Under the pieces are notes generated by a model. It was not told where the DNA came from, made no database searches, and saw only the letters and a list, made by a program, of their open reading frames with translations. Made by a program: the position numbers and the translations under genes. Of a DNA stretch of 52,385 bases, positions 24,639 through 38,601 are shown in pieces. Location: contig NIVC01001439.1 of assembly GCA_002269645.1 (NCBI GenBank), positions 1 through 52,385 of the forward strand, written 5' to 3'. The stretch is from Macrostomum lignano. Taxonomy: Eukaryota. Each line of letters begins with the position of its first letter. Positions within the stretch are counted from its first letter, which is position 1.

Positions 24639-27118
24639 ATGTTCCCAGCAGTGCTCCTCCAGGTGCTCCTAACGGTTGCTCCGGTGGCAGCCAACCTGAC
24701 GCACGTCTCAAACATTCTTGACGGCCTTCTGAGCAACTACGACAGGCGCGCCAGGCCTCTGTTGGACTCCGACCAGCCGCTGGAGATCCGCATCAGCGTC
24801 AACATCCGCAGCATGGGCCCGGTGTCCGACAAGGATATGGCCATCTCGCTGGACTGCTACTTCCGCCAGCTGTGGACAGACAAGCGACTCGCCTTCAGCT
24901 TGAACGACACCGGCTTTGAGTCGTTTCAATTGAACGAGAAATTTCTGAACGAAATCTGGCGACCGGACACATTCTTTCTCAATGGGCATGCGTCCTACCT
25001 GCACAACATCACTTCGCCAAACGTTCTGATTCGGATCAAGCACACCGGGGAGATTCTGTACTCAATGCGGCTGACAATAAAGGTGACAATTTTCTCGAAA
25101 ATCTTTATCTGTTTAATAGTATGTAATAATTTAATCATAGTTGATTACACCTGCCCCAATAGAGCCAGGTGTGCAACCGATAGCTCAGCTGCAGCGATTG
25201 CGCGGCGCTGCGTACGGCTGTTTGGAGTCCAAGGACTGTTGGGGGTCGCCACACACATCCTCAATTAGCCATTTTACACTCTTGGTGAACTGAAGCAATG
25301 CAGAGTTAAGTGTCTTGCTCAAGGACACAAATTGTTCCAGTGGGATCGGGAAACGAACCCCCGACCTTAAAGTCGTGAGTCCGACGCTCTAACCACTAGG
25401 CTACGACCCTCTCCTTATAGAACAAGCGGTTTATCAATCAAGTGGAAGCTTCATGATCCATCAGGGTTGGTAAACTTTTGAGAATTTTGTGTTTTGCTTT
25501 CCACCCGAATGTGTCCGGAACAACCGAAACCGAAACAGGCCCGTTGTCCAATGGACTTCAGCAACTACCCCATGGACACGCAGCGCTGCCCGCTGCGCAT
25601 CGGCAGCCACGGCTACCCGCTGACAGAGATTCGCTACGCCTGGCGACCCGGCCGGAGCCGCATCGAGACCGCGGCCAGCCTCATGATGGCCCAGTTCGAC
25701 TTGGTGGCCTCGCCGGCCGGGTCCGGGCAGCAGCGGCTGGCCCGCCGAGGCCTTCACTCCGTGCTAGCCGTTGACTTTGTGCTGAAAAGGCACATCGGCT
25801 TCTTTCTAATTCAGCTGTACTTTCCCTGCGCTCTGCTGGTGGTGCTGTCCTGGTAAGACCCGTTAGATACTGTTGGATATTGTTGGATGCTGTTGGATAC
25901 TGTTGGATACTGTTGGATGCTGTTGGATACTGTTGGATACTGTTGGATACTGTTGGATACTGTTGGATACTGTTGGATACTGTTGGATACTGTTGGATAC
26001 TGTTAGATGCTGTTGGATGCTGTTGGATGCTGTTGGATGCTGTTGGATACTGTTGGATACTGTTGGATACTGTTGGATGCTGTTGGATACTGTTGGATAC
26101 TGTTGGATACTGTTGGATACTGTTGGATACTGTTGGATACTGTTGGATACTGTTCGATGCTGTTGGATGCTGTTGGATGCTGTTGGATGCTGTTGGATAC
26201 TGTTGGATACTGTTGGATACTGTTGGATGCTGTTGGATACTGTTGGATACTGTTGGATACTGTTGGATACTGTTGGATACTGTTGGATACTGTTGGATAC
26301 TGTTGGATACTGTTGGATACTGTTGGATACTGTTGGATACTGTTTGATGCTGTCGGATACTGTTGGATACTGTTGGATGCTGTTGGATGCTGTTTGATGC
26401 TGTTGGATACTGTTGGATACTGTTGGATACTGTTGGATGCTGTTGGATGCTGTTGGATCCTGTTGGATACTGTTGGATACCGTTTTTGCTGTTAGTTCAG
26501 CGCCACAACCCTCTTAATTCAATCTGATCTCATTCAAACTCCACCAGGGTGAGCTTCTGGCTGAACCGGGAGGCCACTGCGGACCGGGTGGCTCTCTGCA
26601 TCATGACGGTGCTGAGCATGGCCTTCCTGTTCATGGACTGCCGCTCCGACCTGCCCCGCGTGGGCTACTCCACGGCGCTGGATTGGTACGTAGCGCTCTG
26701 CTTCACCTTCGTGCTGAGCACACTGCTCCAGTTCGCTGTGGTGCACCACTTCACCAAGCACGGCACTGGTGAAGTCTACCTGAGCATGGACTCCGACGCT
26801 TCCAGTAGCGACAGCGGCAGCGTCGACGAAGTCGGCCAAGTTAGTAGCGCCGCGTTGTCGACTGAGCCGCGGCAGCTTCGACGGCGACGCCTCGGTCGAT
26901 GCTTGCGCGATGCGGCGAGCTGCTTGCGCGGCAGTCGGCGCTGGCGCCATTCCGGCCGGCGCCCGGCGGCCTGGCGCAACTCCGTCAGCGAAGTGGACCG
27001 GGCCGCCCGTCTGCTGTTCCCGCTGGCCTTCGGGCTGCTCAACTGCGCCTACTGGGCCATCTACCTGCGAGGCTACTGGGCGGATGCGGGTGCCGGGGTC
27101 CTGCCCGGAGACTTTTGA
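24639..27118 (+). CDS. Grd: Cys-loop ligand-gated ion channel, GABA receptor family, GRD-like subunit (about 442 aa)
   Basis: Exons 24639-25082, 25539-25852 and 26548-27118; GT-AG, frame-consistent, 1329 nt. Signal peptide, loop D LDCYFRQLWTD, loop A WRPDTFFLNG, Cys-loop CPMDFSNYPMDTQRC, M1 YFPCALLVVLSWVSFWLNRE, M2 ATADRVALCIMTVL, M3 ALDWYV..LLQFAVVHHFTK, M4 VDRAARLLFP. The REATADRV and LQFAVVH..TK motifs are GRD-type. Confidence 0.93.
25125..25410 (-). mobile_element. tRNA-derived SINE with a CORE-like central domain, in GRD-like intron 1
   Basis: The minus strand reads GGGTCGTAGCCTAGTGGTTAGAGC (A box) ... GGTTCGTTTCC (B box, 1 mismatch), then TGTGTCCTTGAGCAAGACACTTAACTCTGCATTGCTTCAGTTCACCAAGAGTGTAAAATGG, resembling the CORE-SINE domain as recalled. 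The anticodon stem does not pair. Confidence 0.8.
25861..26480. repeat. 10-bp minisatellite (TGTTGGAT[A/G]C) filling GRD-like intron 2
   Basis: About 62 units; explains the CWILLDTVGY ORFs. Confidence 0.97.
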
Positions 27119-27129
27119 CACGGTTGAGC

Positions 27130-27630
27130 TCAGATGCAGGGAGGTGTCAGGTTTCCGTGAGATGCAGGGAGGTGTCCAGTTTCCGTGAAATGCAGTGAGG
27201 TGTCTGGTTTCCCTGAGATGTATGGAGGCGTCTGGTTTCCCTGATATGCAGGGATCTATCAGACTGAGATGCAGGGATCTAACAAATTGAGATGCAGGGA
27301 TCTATTGATATCAGATTGAGATGCAGGGATCTATCAGACTGAGATAGAGGGATTTATTGTATCAGACAGAGATTCAGGGATCTATCAGACTGAGATGCAG
27401 GGATCTATCAGATTGAGATGCAGGGATCTATCAGACTGAGATGCAGGGATCTATCAGACTGAGATGCAGGGATCTATCAGATTGAGATGCAGGGATCTAT
27501 CAGACTGAGATGCAGGGATCTATCAGATTGAGATGCAGGGATCTATCAGTTTGAGATGCAGGGATCTATCAGATTGAGATGCAGGGATCTATCAGATTGA
27601 GATGCAGGGATCTATCAGATTGAGATGTAG
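27130..27630. repeat. Compound array: 29-bp units followed by 23-bp units (TCTATCAGA[C/T]TGAGATGCAGGGA), sharing GAGATGCAGGGA
   Basis: Begins about 12 nt after the GRD-like stop codon. Period of 23 at 27484 and 27507. Confidence 0.9.
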
Positions 27631-28068
27631 GTTTTGCGGCCCCAATGGTTCAAAATCCCTTATGCACTCGCGAGAGCAACATACTGATTGGTACTCAGCA
27701 GTTCAAAAATATGCCACATGCCTACTGAGAAACACTGCGCATGCAATCTGGTAAAAATTTAATCTAATAGCTTTAATCTACTCTCTTTTTGAGAGCCCCC
27801 ATCCCCAACGACGCCTCTCTGCCTCTCTTACCTGTATCCCCTTGTGCCCCCAGTGCATCAAATATATTAAAATCGGCAATTCACGCTCTTATTGTTCGGA
27901 TCAAAATCACTACCCAACCATTGTCTCGCTGCCTATTGAAAATCGGATTATTCATTTTTCTTCTTACGTTGTTCTGGCTACCAATTTATTTACTGATAAA
28001 AGCGGAATAAAATCCGGGAATTGAGCAGCTCGAATTGTTTTAATTTTCTTTTTGCCAACTCGCGAAGA

Positions 28069-30345
<2,277 letters not shown>

Positions 30346-30346
30346 T

Positions 30347-30905
30347 GGGGGGTCAGATGGGGCTGGGGATTTGGGGTCAGCTGGGGCTGGGGATTTGGGG
30401 TCAGCTGGGGCTGGGGATTTGGGGTCAGCTGGGGCTGGGGATTTGGGGTCAGCTGGGGCTGGGGATTTGGGGTCAGCTGGGGCTGGGGATTTGGGGTCAG
30501 CTGGGGCTGGGGATTTGGGGTCAGCTGGGGCTGGGGATTTGGGGTCAGCTGGGGCTGGGGATTTGGGGTCAGCTGGGGCTGGGGATTTGGGGTCAGCTGG
30601 GGCTGGGGATTTGGGGTCAGCTGGGGCTGGGAGGGGGGTCAGCTGGGACTGGGGAGGGGGTCAGCTGGGACTGGGGATTTGGGGTCAGCTGGGGCTGGGG
30701 AGGGGGTCAGCTGAGGTGGGGATGGGGGGATCAGCTGGGGCAGGGAAGGGGGGTCAGCTGAGGTGGGGATGGGGGATCAGCTGGTGCTGGGATGGGGGTC
30801 AGCTGGGGCTGGGGGTGGGGGTCAGCTGGAGCTGGGGATGGGGGTCAGCTGTGGCTCAGCTGGGGCTGGAGGTGGGGGGTCAGTTGGGGCTGGGGATGGG
30901 TCAGC
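30347..30905. repeat. 24-bp G-rich minisatellite (GGGGTCAGCTGGGGCTGGGGATTT), degenerating rightwards
   Basis: About 11 perfect units, then variants. Three G4 runs per unit. Confidence 0.95.
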
Positions 30906-32186
30906 TGTGAATATCATTCTTTCTATAACCAATAAAACTCAACGAACCTGCATTCTATGCATTGATTGTTTGATGTTTGTTTTTCTTATTGCTTTTCTAC
31001 AAATTAAACGGATAATATTTTTGGAACCGTGTATTCCTACTGTTTGAGAGTAGTGGCTTACGGAGTTTTTTGAAAGTTTAGTGTCTTTGGATTTTATGTA
31101 GTTAAACAAATAAATAATCTCGGCAGAGCAAGGGAAGGCAAAGAGAGTAGATGCAGAGGTGCCTCACTGGAGATGCTGAATCCAATCCTCATTCGAGTTT
31201 CATTTGAGTGCGTTTGTTGTCCAGCCTTTCGCTTATCTATCGGATCCCTGGGGAGAGCTGAGGAGAAGGCGGCTGCCTCCCAGTCAAGTAAATTGAATTG
31301 CTGCTATTTTGGATCTGAGGCCGCAACATCATCAACACGAAAGCCTTATTTCTATTATATCAGATCACGATACCGAGGCTGCAATCTTGTCTGGCATTGT
31401 TTTCTTTACCGGATATTGCTAACTTAGTACAAAAATCTATTGAATTTATTAGTCAGTCAGTTTGCAAAGGGACTGTGGGCGCTGCGGAAAGTCAAGGCAG
31501 GAGACAGACATCCCGAGAAGGCAATCAGTGATGCTCATCCCCCCGAGCATGCACAGAGGGATACGTACGCAGGCTCACGCTCACACAGGGTGTACACTGG
31601 CCCTGACTTTCCAATCGTCAGGCATGTACAGTCTCTGTGCCTTGGGGATTTCACTTCTAAAAGCCTAAAATAGCGCGAAGACCCCAAATTGCTCCACAGA
31701 ACTCAAGAAATCGGGCCCGAGAGTCAGAAGCGCTTCCACTCTGCTTCCACTGAACTGATCAGGGGTTCCGTATACTGCAGTCAGCTACTTGAGCTCACAG
31801 TTTGACTGGCTTGACAGCTATGATAAGCGAAGGCTCAAACTGCCTGCTCGCACACTTCAGCTCGTCTCTGCGTAGAAAAATATTGATCGCTGAATAGCCA
31901 TAGCAAGTTCCAAAGCTTTTCAACAGCTGATTTTGATCTGAGCTGTTTGACAGCTTCGCTCAGCACAACTTCTCTGATGGTCTCTGCTTTACCGACAATG
32001 CCAACTCCTTCAATTGCTGGCTGTGCAACTCTGTACAGATCAGCTTTTCCGTGATTCGCTCGATGACAATACCGCGTGCCATTGGTCCTCTCAAGATGGG
32101 GAGGGGCTATTTGAAGGACGAAATTCCTCTCTCGTAAAACCAATTCCTTCTTCTCAGTTCCAATATCCAGTCTAAAAGTCCGACAT

Positions 32187-33332
32187 ATGATCCCGCTGCC
32201 GCTGCTGTACACTCGGGTCGAGTGCAACGCCTCTGCCGGTGGCAGAAATTTCACCTGGGCCGACTGTCCGAGCCCCCTGGACCTGGAGGCCCGCATCCTG
32301 CTACCGCTGACCCTGACGGCCCTGCTGCTGAACCTCTGGGCCCTGCTGGTGTTCGCTAGACAACGGGTGACGAGCATCCTGCTGTTCTGGATCTGGTGCC
32401 TCTGCGGCAGCGAGGTCTGCATGAACCTCTGCCTGTTCTGCCAGTTCGCCTTCTTCATGGCCGCCAAACCCTGCGACCGCTTTCCCCAATTCGACTCCGG
32501 AGGCCTCACTCCGCTGGTCTACCATTCTGGTGCCGTGTTGCAGACTCTGTCGCTTGCCGCGCTCTGCTTTCGCAACTGGAGCTTCGCAGTGCTGGCCGCT
32601 GTCCGCCTTGAGGCGGTGGTTCGAGTCTCCGCTCAGCGGCTGGTCAGCCTCGGCAGGAGCCGGCGTCTAGCTGTTGCTATAGCAACCGTCAGCCTGGCTG
32701 TGAACCTTGTGCGCAGCCTTCGAGTGCGCGCCGTCTACTGCCTCGACACGGATGGCCAGGAAGAGTCTGGCGAGGCCGTCGTGCTGCCGTTCCTGTACGA
32801 CAGCGCCTGGTTCTTCTACTTTGAGGCTTACGTTGCCGCCCTCATCCAGACGGTGGTGCCCCTGCTGTGCACCACCGCCATGTCCGGCGTCACCGTTGCT
32901 AAGCTGGTTGCCAGGCGCCGCAGGAACCAGCAGTTGGGCTTGCGGAGACAGCAGGGCGGGGAAGGCGCCAGCGCCGAGGCCAGAGCGACTGACGAGCAGC
33001 GCATCCAGACCATGGTGATGTACCTCTGCCTGACCTTCCTGCTGTTCGAGACGCCCGTGTTTGTGCTGTACAACCTGGAGCACTTCTTTGGCATGTACTC
33101 GCTATTCTGGATCAGCAACACCTGCATTGTGCTGGACTCCATCAGCAACTTCTTCAGCTACATTCTCACCAACAGCCGCTTTCGGCGTAGTGTTTTCCGT
33201 TGCCAGCGGCCTGAAGATGAACGCAGGGGCCGCTCGACACTTCCAACAGAGAGGCTTGCGTTGAAGCAGCGCTCCTCAGGCAGGCAGGGACTCGGCCAGG
33301 TGCCTCCCACTGCTGACAGACCTGGCAGATAG
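32187..33332 (+). CDS. Intronless class A (rhodopsin-like) GPCR of orphan peptide-receptor type, 381 aa
   Basis: Seven hydrophobic segments. N-glycosylation sites NAS and NFT. TM1 [13 protein letters not shown]3 end [10 protein letters not shown]5 [11 protein letters not shown]6 FLLFETP, TM7 [10 protein letters not shown] followed by helix 8 NSRFRR. GC3-rich codons. Confidence 0.9.
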   Translation: MIPLPLLYTRVECNASAGGRNFTWADCPSPLDLEARILLPLTLTALLLNLWALLVFARQRVTSILLFWIWCLCGSEVCMNLCLFCQFAFFMAAKPCDRFPQFDSGGLTPLVYHSGAVLQTLSLAALCFRNWSFAVLAAVRLEAVVRVSAQRLVSLGRSRRLAVAIATVSLAVNLVRSLRVRAVYCLDTDGQEESGEAVVLPFLYDSAWFFYFEAYVAALIQTVVPLLCTTAMSGVTVAKLVARRRRNQQLGLRRQQGGEGASAEARATDEQRIQTMVMYLCLTFLLFETPVFVLYNLEHFFGMYSLFWISNTCIVLDSISNFFSYILTNSRFRRSVFRCQRPEDERRGRSTLPTERLALKQRSSGRQGLGQVPPTADRPGR

Positions 33333-33348
33333 ACTTGTACTCGTTTTG

Positions 33349-33511
<163 letters not shown>

Positions 33512-33816
33512 GTAGAATCTTCTATCATCTCTTGTAAATTTGCTATTGTATTTAAATGCTAATTAATGCTTGCCATTCCAAGTAAAAGCACATGAAGCAG
33601 TGTTTACTGATCTCACTCAGTTTTCTTTATGCAAAAGATGACAGCTTGCAAAGGCATGATTAGGCTTCGGATTCCGGCACAAACCTCGCAGTGAAATCAT
33701 TGAGTCAGATTTTTTATGCATTCTGGACCGAAAATACTGTTGGGACTCGGGATAAGAGAAAGAATCCTTAGTAAAGGGATGTCAACTTACTCCCGGAATG
33801 GAAGCGATGTACCGAG

Positions 33817-33912
33817 GTATGGGATAGACTAGGGTATGGGATAGACTAGGGTATGGGATAGACTAGGGTATGGGATAGACTAGGGTATGGGATAGACTAG
33901 GGTATGGGATAG
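33817..33912. repeat. 17-bp tandem repeat (GGTATGGGATAGACTAG), 5-6 copies
   Basis: Period of 17 (ATAGACTAG at 33841 and 33858). Confidence 0.92.
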
Positions 33913-34606
33913 ACTTGGGATGAAACTTCTTCGGCAGCTCAACAACAGCTTAAAGTGCTTTTTACGAAAACGCAGGGAAAAATCGAGAGTTTTTAGCCTT
34001 CATTCCCACTCCCAGCTGATCGGCAGGGCCTTCTGAGAGAGCGAGTGCTCGAGGATAAACTGAAATTGGGATGCTCATTCTTAGTAGAATTTGAGAGGGC
34101 AAAAGGAAGCTCAGTTAGTCCCTGTGTCTTGAGAAATTCACCCTTCGAATGAGGAACCCGGAATTTTTCTATCTGGGTCGAAATTGAAGAGTAGAAGTGT
34201 GCACTCGGGGCGCAAAATCCTCACTAATCGGATGGAGTTATCTTCCACTAATTGGCGATTTCTCTGAACAGCAATCCCTTCTATTGTATTGCATGTGGGC
34301 GTTGAGTTGTCTAGGGGAGGCTGCAGTAATAGAAGTACTAGAAGAAACATATTAATACAGCAGCGGCGGCGGCAGCAGCGGCGGCGGCGGCGGAGACTAG
34401 CGGTCGACCTCCACGTGATGCCCCTGGGTAACGAACCGCAAACTCCACCAAGCCTGGAGCGCGACTTCCTGGCGAGGCTCTTATACAGTGCCTCCCTCAG
34501 CAGCAGCTCCTTCGTGGACAGCAGCTTCCAGGTGCCTCTCCACAGACTTGAATGTCTGTGACGTCCCCGTTCCTTGCAGCAAGGCTGACATCGGGGCATG
34601 CGGTGA

Positions 34607-34777
<171 letters not shown>

Positions 34778-36771
34778 CTGCTAAAAAGGAGATTATTACT
34801 CGAATTCGAATGCTTAGGCCTAGGCTGGAAGCGAGGCAGAAAAATCTCTTAATCCCCGAGTTTTCGGGTGAAATTTTCTAGGCGTTGGCTTAATTAAACA
34901 CGGCCTGATTAACAACAGTGGCTTTAATCAACGTGCGTCAGTTGAAATGCCGTCTATACAGTCCTAGTTGCGCTCTCTGGTTGCTTTAGATGGATTAAAT
35001 CAGGTTTTCCTGACGCAATGCATGCGGCCTTGCTGGTATAATTAAAACTAAAAGCTTGCTTTTCTCAGCATCTGTCTGTACATCCGCGGCACTGGCTTTT
35101 AGGCATGCAGCACCGAGAGGCTGTCACCGAGTGGATTTCACTTATTTTGCAAGCTTCGCAATTAAAGAAAAGCCGATATGTGCCTATTATGATCGATATA
35201 CAAGCACTCAAGTCGTGCTCATAGAAAAGGACGACAACAGGTGCATCTCAGTCTTTGAAGCGGATACAATTAGTCAACTTAATGCGCTTCGAATTTCTTC
35301 TAGTAAAAAACCGTTGAGAAACTTCGACTATGGAAAATTTTATTTAAGAAAAGTCGAAAAATTTAGTTGCAAATGTTAAAACAGTGCCTAAAAAGTCTTC
35401 ACTCTGATTAGTAAAAAACCCAAAATATTTAAAAAATTTTCTATTGTGCTGTTTACGTACATGTACACATAAATGTTGTCATAAATGCATGTCATTTATT
35501 GTGCAATGAATCGTTTTATTATTGATTTTTCTGTTTTATGTGCTTCACGTGCTTATGTACCTAGAATAATTAATATTTAAATTTATATTTCTTTATAGCT
35601 GTGTAAATATTTTTTTATTTCTATATATGAGCTGAATATGAACTAACTGTAAGAGATTGACCGATTTCGAAAGTTTGCTGTTAGCTTGGAATAAAATTTG
35701 ACTTTACTACTTCTGGGCTGGGAAGAAACCCGCGAAAAATCTAAATGTTTTGTATAAAATCGGAACCAGGACCACTGTAGTATAAGGAGACATTAAACTC
35801 AAAGATCATGTACCGTAATTTTTGGAGGCCAATTTGGCCTTTATTCCAAAACTGTACCTTGTGCTTGTATTTTTTCCGTAATCGTATTTTTACCAAGATA
35901 ATATTTAAACAAATTAAAAGTAAATCAGGGAGTAGATGCGCAAACAAATATCTGAAACACCGATTGCAAAGAAAAATTTAAAACATTGATAGTTTTGTAA
36001 GAAAAAATCGTGTTCTGTAATTTAGTTGTCATGGCATTCGATAACTTTCAAATATTTTATCTCACTTTCGTTAACCAATTAACTTCATTGCATCAACAAT
36101 CACATATTTTGGATTAAAACATATCTTGAGTCTTGTTCCTAAACAAGACTATAAAATATATAAAATATAAAATATTTTACGCCTTGATAGTTTTAATTGG
36201 ATAAATTTTTATATACGATAGAATTACACAGCAGCGGGTCGACTTCCATTTGTTGTATTAATATCAAATACTTTTTACACAGTATGATTGAAGGTTGTAA
36301 TATATTTAGTTGATATGTGTCCTAAAATATTTATAGCATTCATCAATGTATTTCTTTACCTTCTTAGACACTCCTGATTCTGATTTTGATTTATGGTTTA
36401 CCTTAAATAAGATTTTTTCATTTTAATCCCGAAATTGAAATGGTCTTTTTAGATAAAAAATCGACTTATCTTTTGGGCGAACGTACTTGTTACAAATTAA
36501 GGAATTATTTCTTCGTGAAAGTAGAAAAATGTTTTTATTGTATAGAACTTTACCTATAAATATACATTTATTTCTAGATCAACTCCAAAACAGTATTGGA
36601 GTTCCAAATATAGCATTGTGTTCTAGTATGGATAAGTTGTGTCTGTAAATTGACTTTTAAAAATTTGCAAAAATAAAATTTGGAAGAAAGCGTCTGACGA
36701 TGCTGAATACTAACCTATAAATAGCGATTGATAACGTTTCAGCAAGAAGGTAGCCATCGACCAACGCAGCC

Positions 36772-38601
36772 ATGGTGTACAACTACACGAAGCCGCGCGG
36801 TCCCGTAGCCGCCATGTACAGCAGCCCGGGCCCCAAGTACGGCCTGCCCGGCCTGGTGGGCCAGCCGCACCACGACCCCCGCTCCGTGCACACCCGCGGC
36901 CCCGCCTACCCCTTCGGCATTCGACACGGAAAGTTCAGAGACGACTCGAGCCCGGGACCTTGCTATTTGCCCGGCGCCAGAATTTTCCGCGACGGCAAAG
37001 ATGGCACGCCGCAGTACTCGCTGTACGGCCGCCCCAAGGACGGTACAATGTTCTCAGCGCCCGGACCCGGCGCCTACAAGACCGACAACACCAACAAGGA
37101 GATCTACAGCAAGGCACCGGCCTACAGCTTCGGCGTCCGCCACATGGAATTCCGCACTGACAACACCCCCGGTGAGACTGCCTGCTTCGACTGGCCTTCG
37201 TCACTTGCAGCAGTGCTTCCCTACCGGTTGCTTCCCTACCGGTTGCTTCCCTACCGGTTGCTTCCCTACCGGTTGCTTCCCTACCGGTTGCTTCCCTACC
37301 GGTTGCTTCCCTACCGGTTGCTTCCCTACCGGTTGCTTCCCTACCGGTTGCTTCCCTACCGGTTGCTTCCCTACCGGTTGCTTCCCTACCGGTTGCTTCC
37401 CTACCGGTTGCTTCCCTACCGGTTGCTTCCCTACCGGTTGCTTCCCTACCGGTTGCTTCCCTACCGGTTGCTTCCCTACCGGTTGCTTCCCTACCGGTTG
37501 CTTCCCTACCGGTTGCTTCCCTACCGGTTGCTTCCCTACCGGTTGCTTCCCTACCGGTTGCTTCCCTACCGGTTGCTTCCCTACTTGTTCATCATTATTT
37601 CTTTAGCTCGTACCTACTTTTCCACATCCCTACCAATCCATCCACATCCCTGCCAATCTATCCACACCCCTGCCAATCTATCCACATCCCTACCAATCTA
37701 TCCACATCCCTGCCAAGCTCTCTACTGGTTGCTTACCTAACTGGTTAACAATATTCGCAACCCGCAGGACCCAACGCGTACACGCCGGACCCCATGCTGG
37801 GCAAGACACTGCGCAGCGAGAAAAAAGCGGCGCCGAGCTACACTTTGGTTGGCCGGTCAAAAGTCGGCGGATTCCACGAGGACCTGCAAAGGGTGCGTAT
37901 CGGTTGCATTGAAAACTCAGTAATACCATAAAACCATAGAGTAATTTAAAGCTACGTTAGCCTATCGTATCGCTCGAAAAACATTTCTCGCTCAGACGCC
38001 GGGCCCAGGCGCCTACAGCGTGACATCGCCCGGCAAGTACAAGAGCACGCCGCCAGCCTACAGCATGACCAGCCGCAACTCCATGCCGGGTGACAGCACC
38101 ACCAAGCCGGGGCCTGGAGCCCACTCGCCTGAGACTGTGAGTCTGTTTGATTAATGTTGCTAATCTGTTATGCTGCGAGCATGCACCCACCCCTCCTCCG
38201 GTGTATTTCTATCATTAGCTCATCAAAACACCCACCCCTCCTCCACTGTGTCTATCATTGGCTCATCAAAAAACCCACCCCTCCTCCACTGTGTCTATCA
38301 TTGGCTCATCAAAACACCCACCCTCCTCCGCTGTCTATCATTGGCTCATCAAAACACCCACCCCTCCTCCACTGTGTCTATCATTGGCTCATCAAAACAC
38401 CCACCCCTCATCCGCTGTCTATCATTGGCTCATCAAAACACCCACCCCTCCTCCACCACGCGCACCCTAGCAAGCCAAACAAAACCAAACCCTCGATTGC
38501 AGGGCTATTACAAGACAAAGCGAGGCACACCAGCGTTCAGCTTCGGCATCCGGCACTCGCAGTACAAAGGCGAGTCCATCACGGACGCCGATCTGCAGTG
38601 A
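36772..38601 (+). CDS. ODF3: Outer dense fiber protein 3 / CIMAP1-like SHIPPO (PGP-repeat) ciliary/sperm-tail protein, 254 aa
   Basis: Exons 36772-37171, 37768-37892, 37996-38136 and 38503-38601; GT-AG, 765 nt open. N-terminal PRGPVAAMYSSPGPKYGLP, repeated PGPGAY and P.YSFG.RH motifs. Confidence 0.93.
37214..37583. repeat. 15-bp perfect minisatellite (CTTCCCTACCGGTTG), about 25 copies, in ODF3 intron 1
   Basis: Period of 15. Followed by a short CCACATCCCT(A/G)CCAATCTA repeat at about 37620-37715. Confidence 0.97.
38180..38455. repeat. About 43-bp tandem repeat (CACCCACCCCTCCTCCACTGTGTCTATCATTGGCTCATCAAAA) in ODF3 intron 3
   Basis: About 6 copies with small indel variants. Confidence 0.9.

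Noticed and set aside
25340-25410. Functional tRNA gene
   Set aside because: The anticodon stem does not pair, the B box is mutated, and the sequence continues into a SINE body.
25873-26495. Cys/Trp-rich CWILLDTVGY ORFs
   Set aside because: They are read-through of the 10-bp intronic repeat; the flanking exons splice around it in frame.
37172-37740. LLPYR / CFPTG repeat as a C-terminal extension of ODF3
   Set aside because: A GT donor at 37172 and an in-frame downstream exon restore a canonical 254-aa ODF3, so the repeat is intronic.
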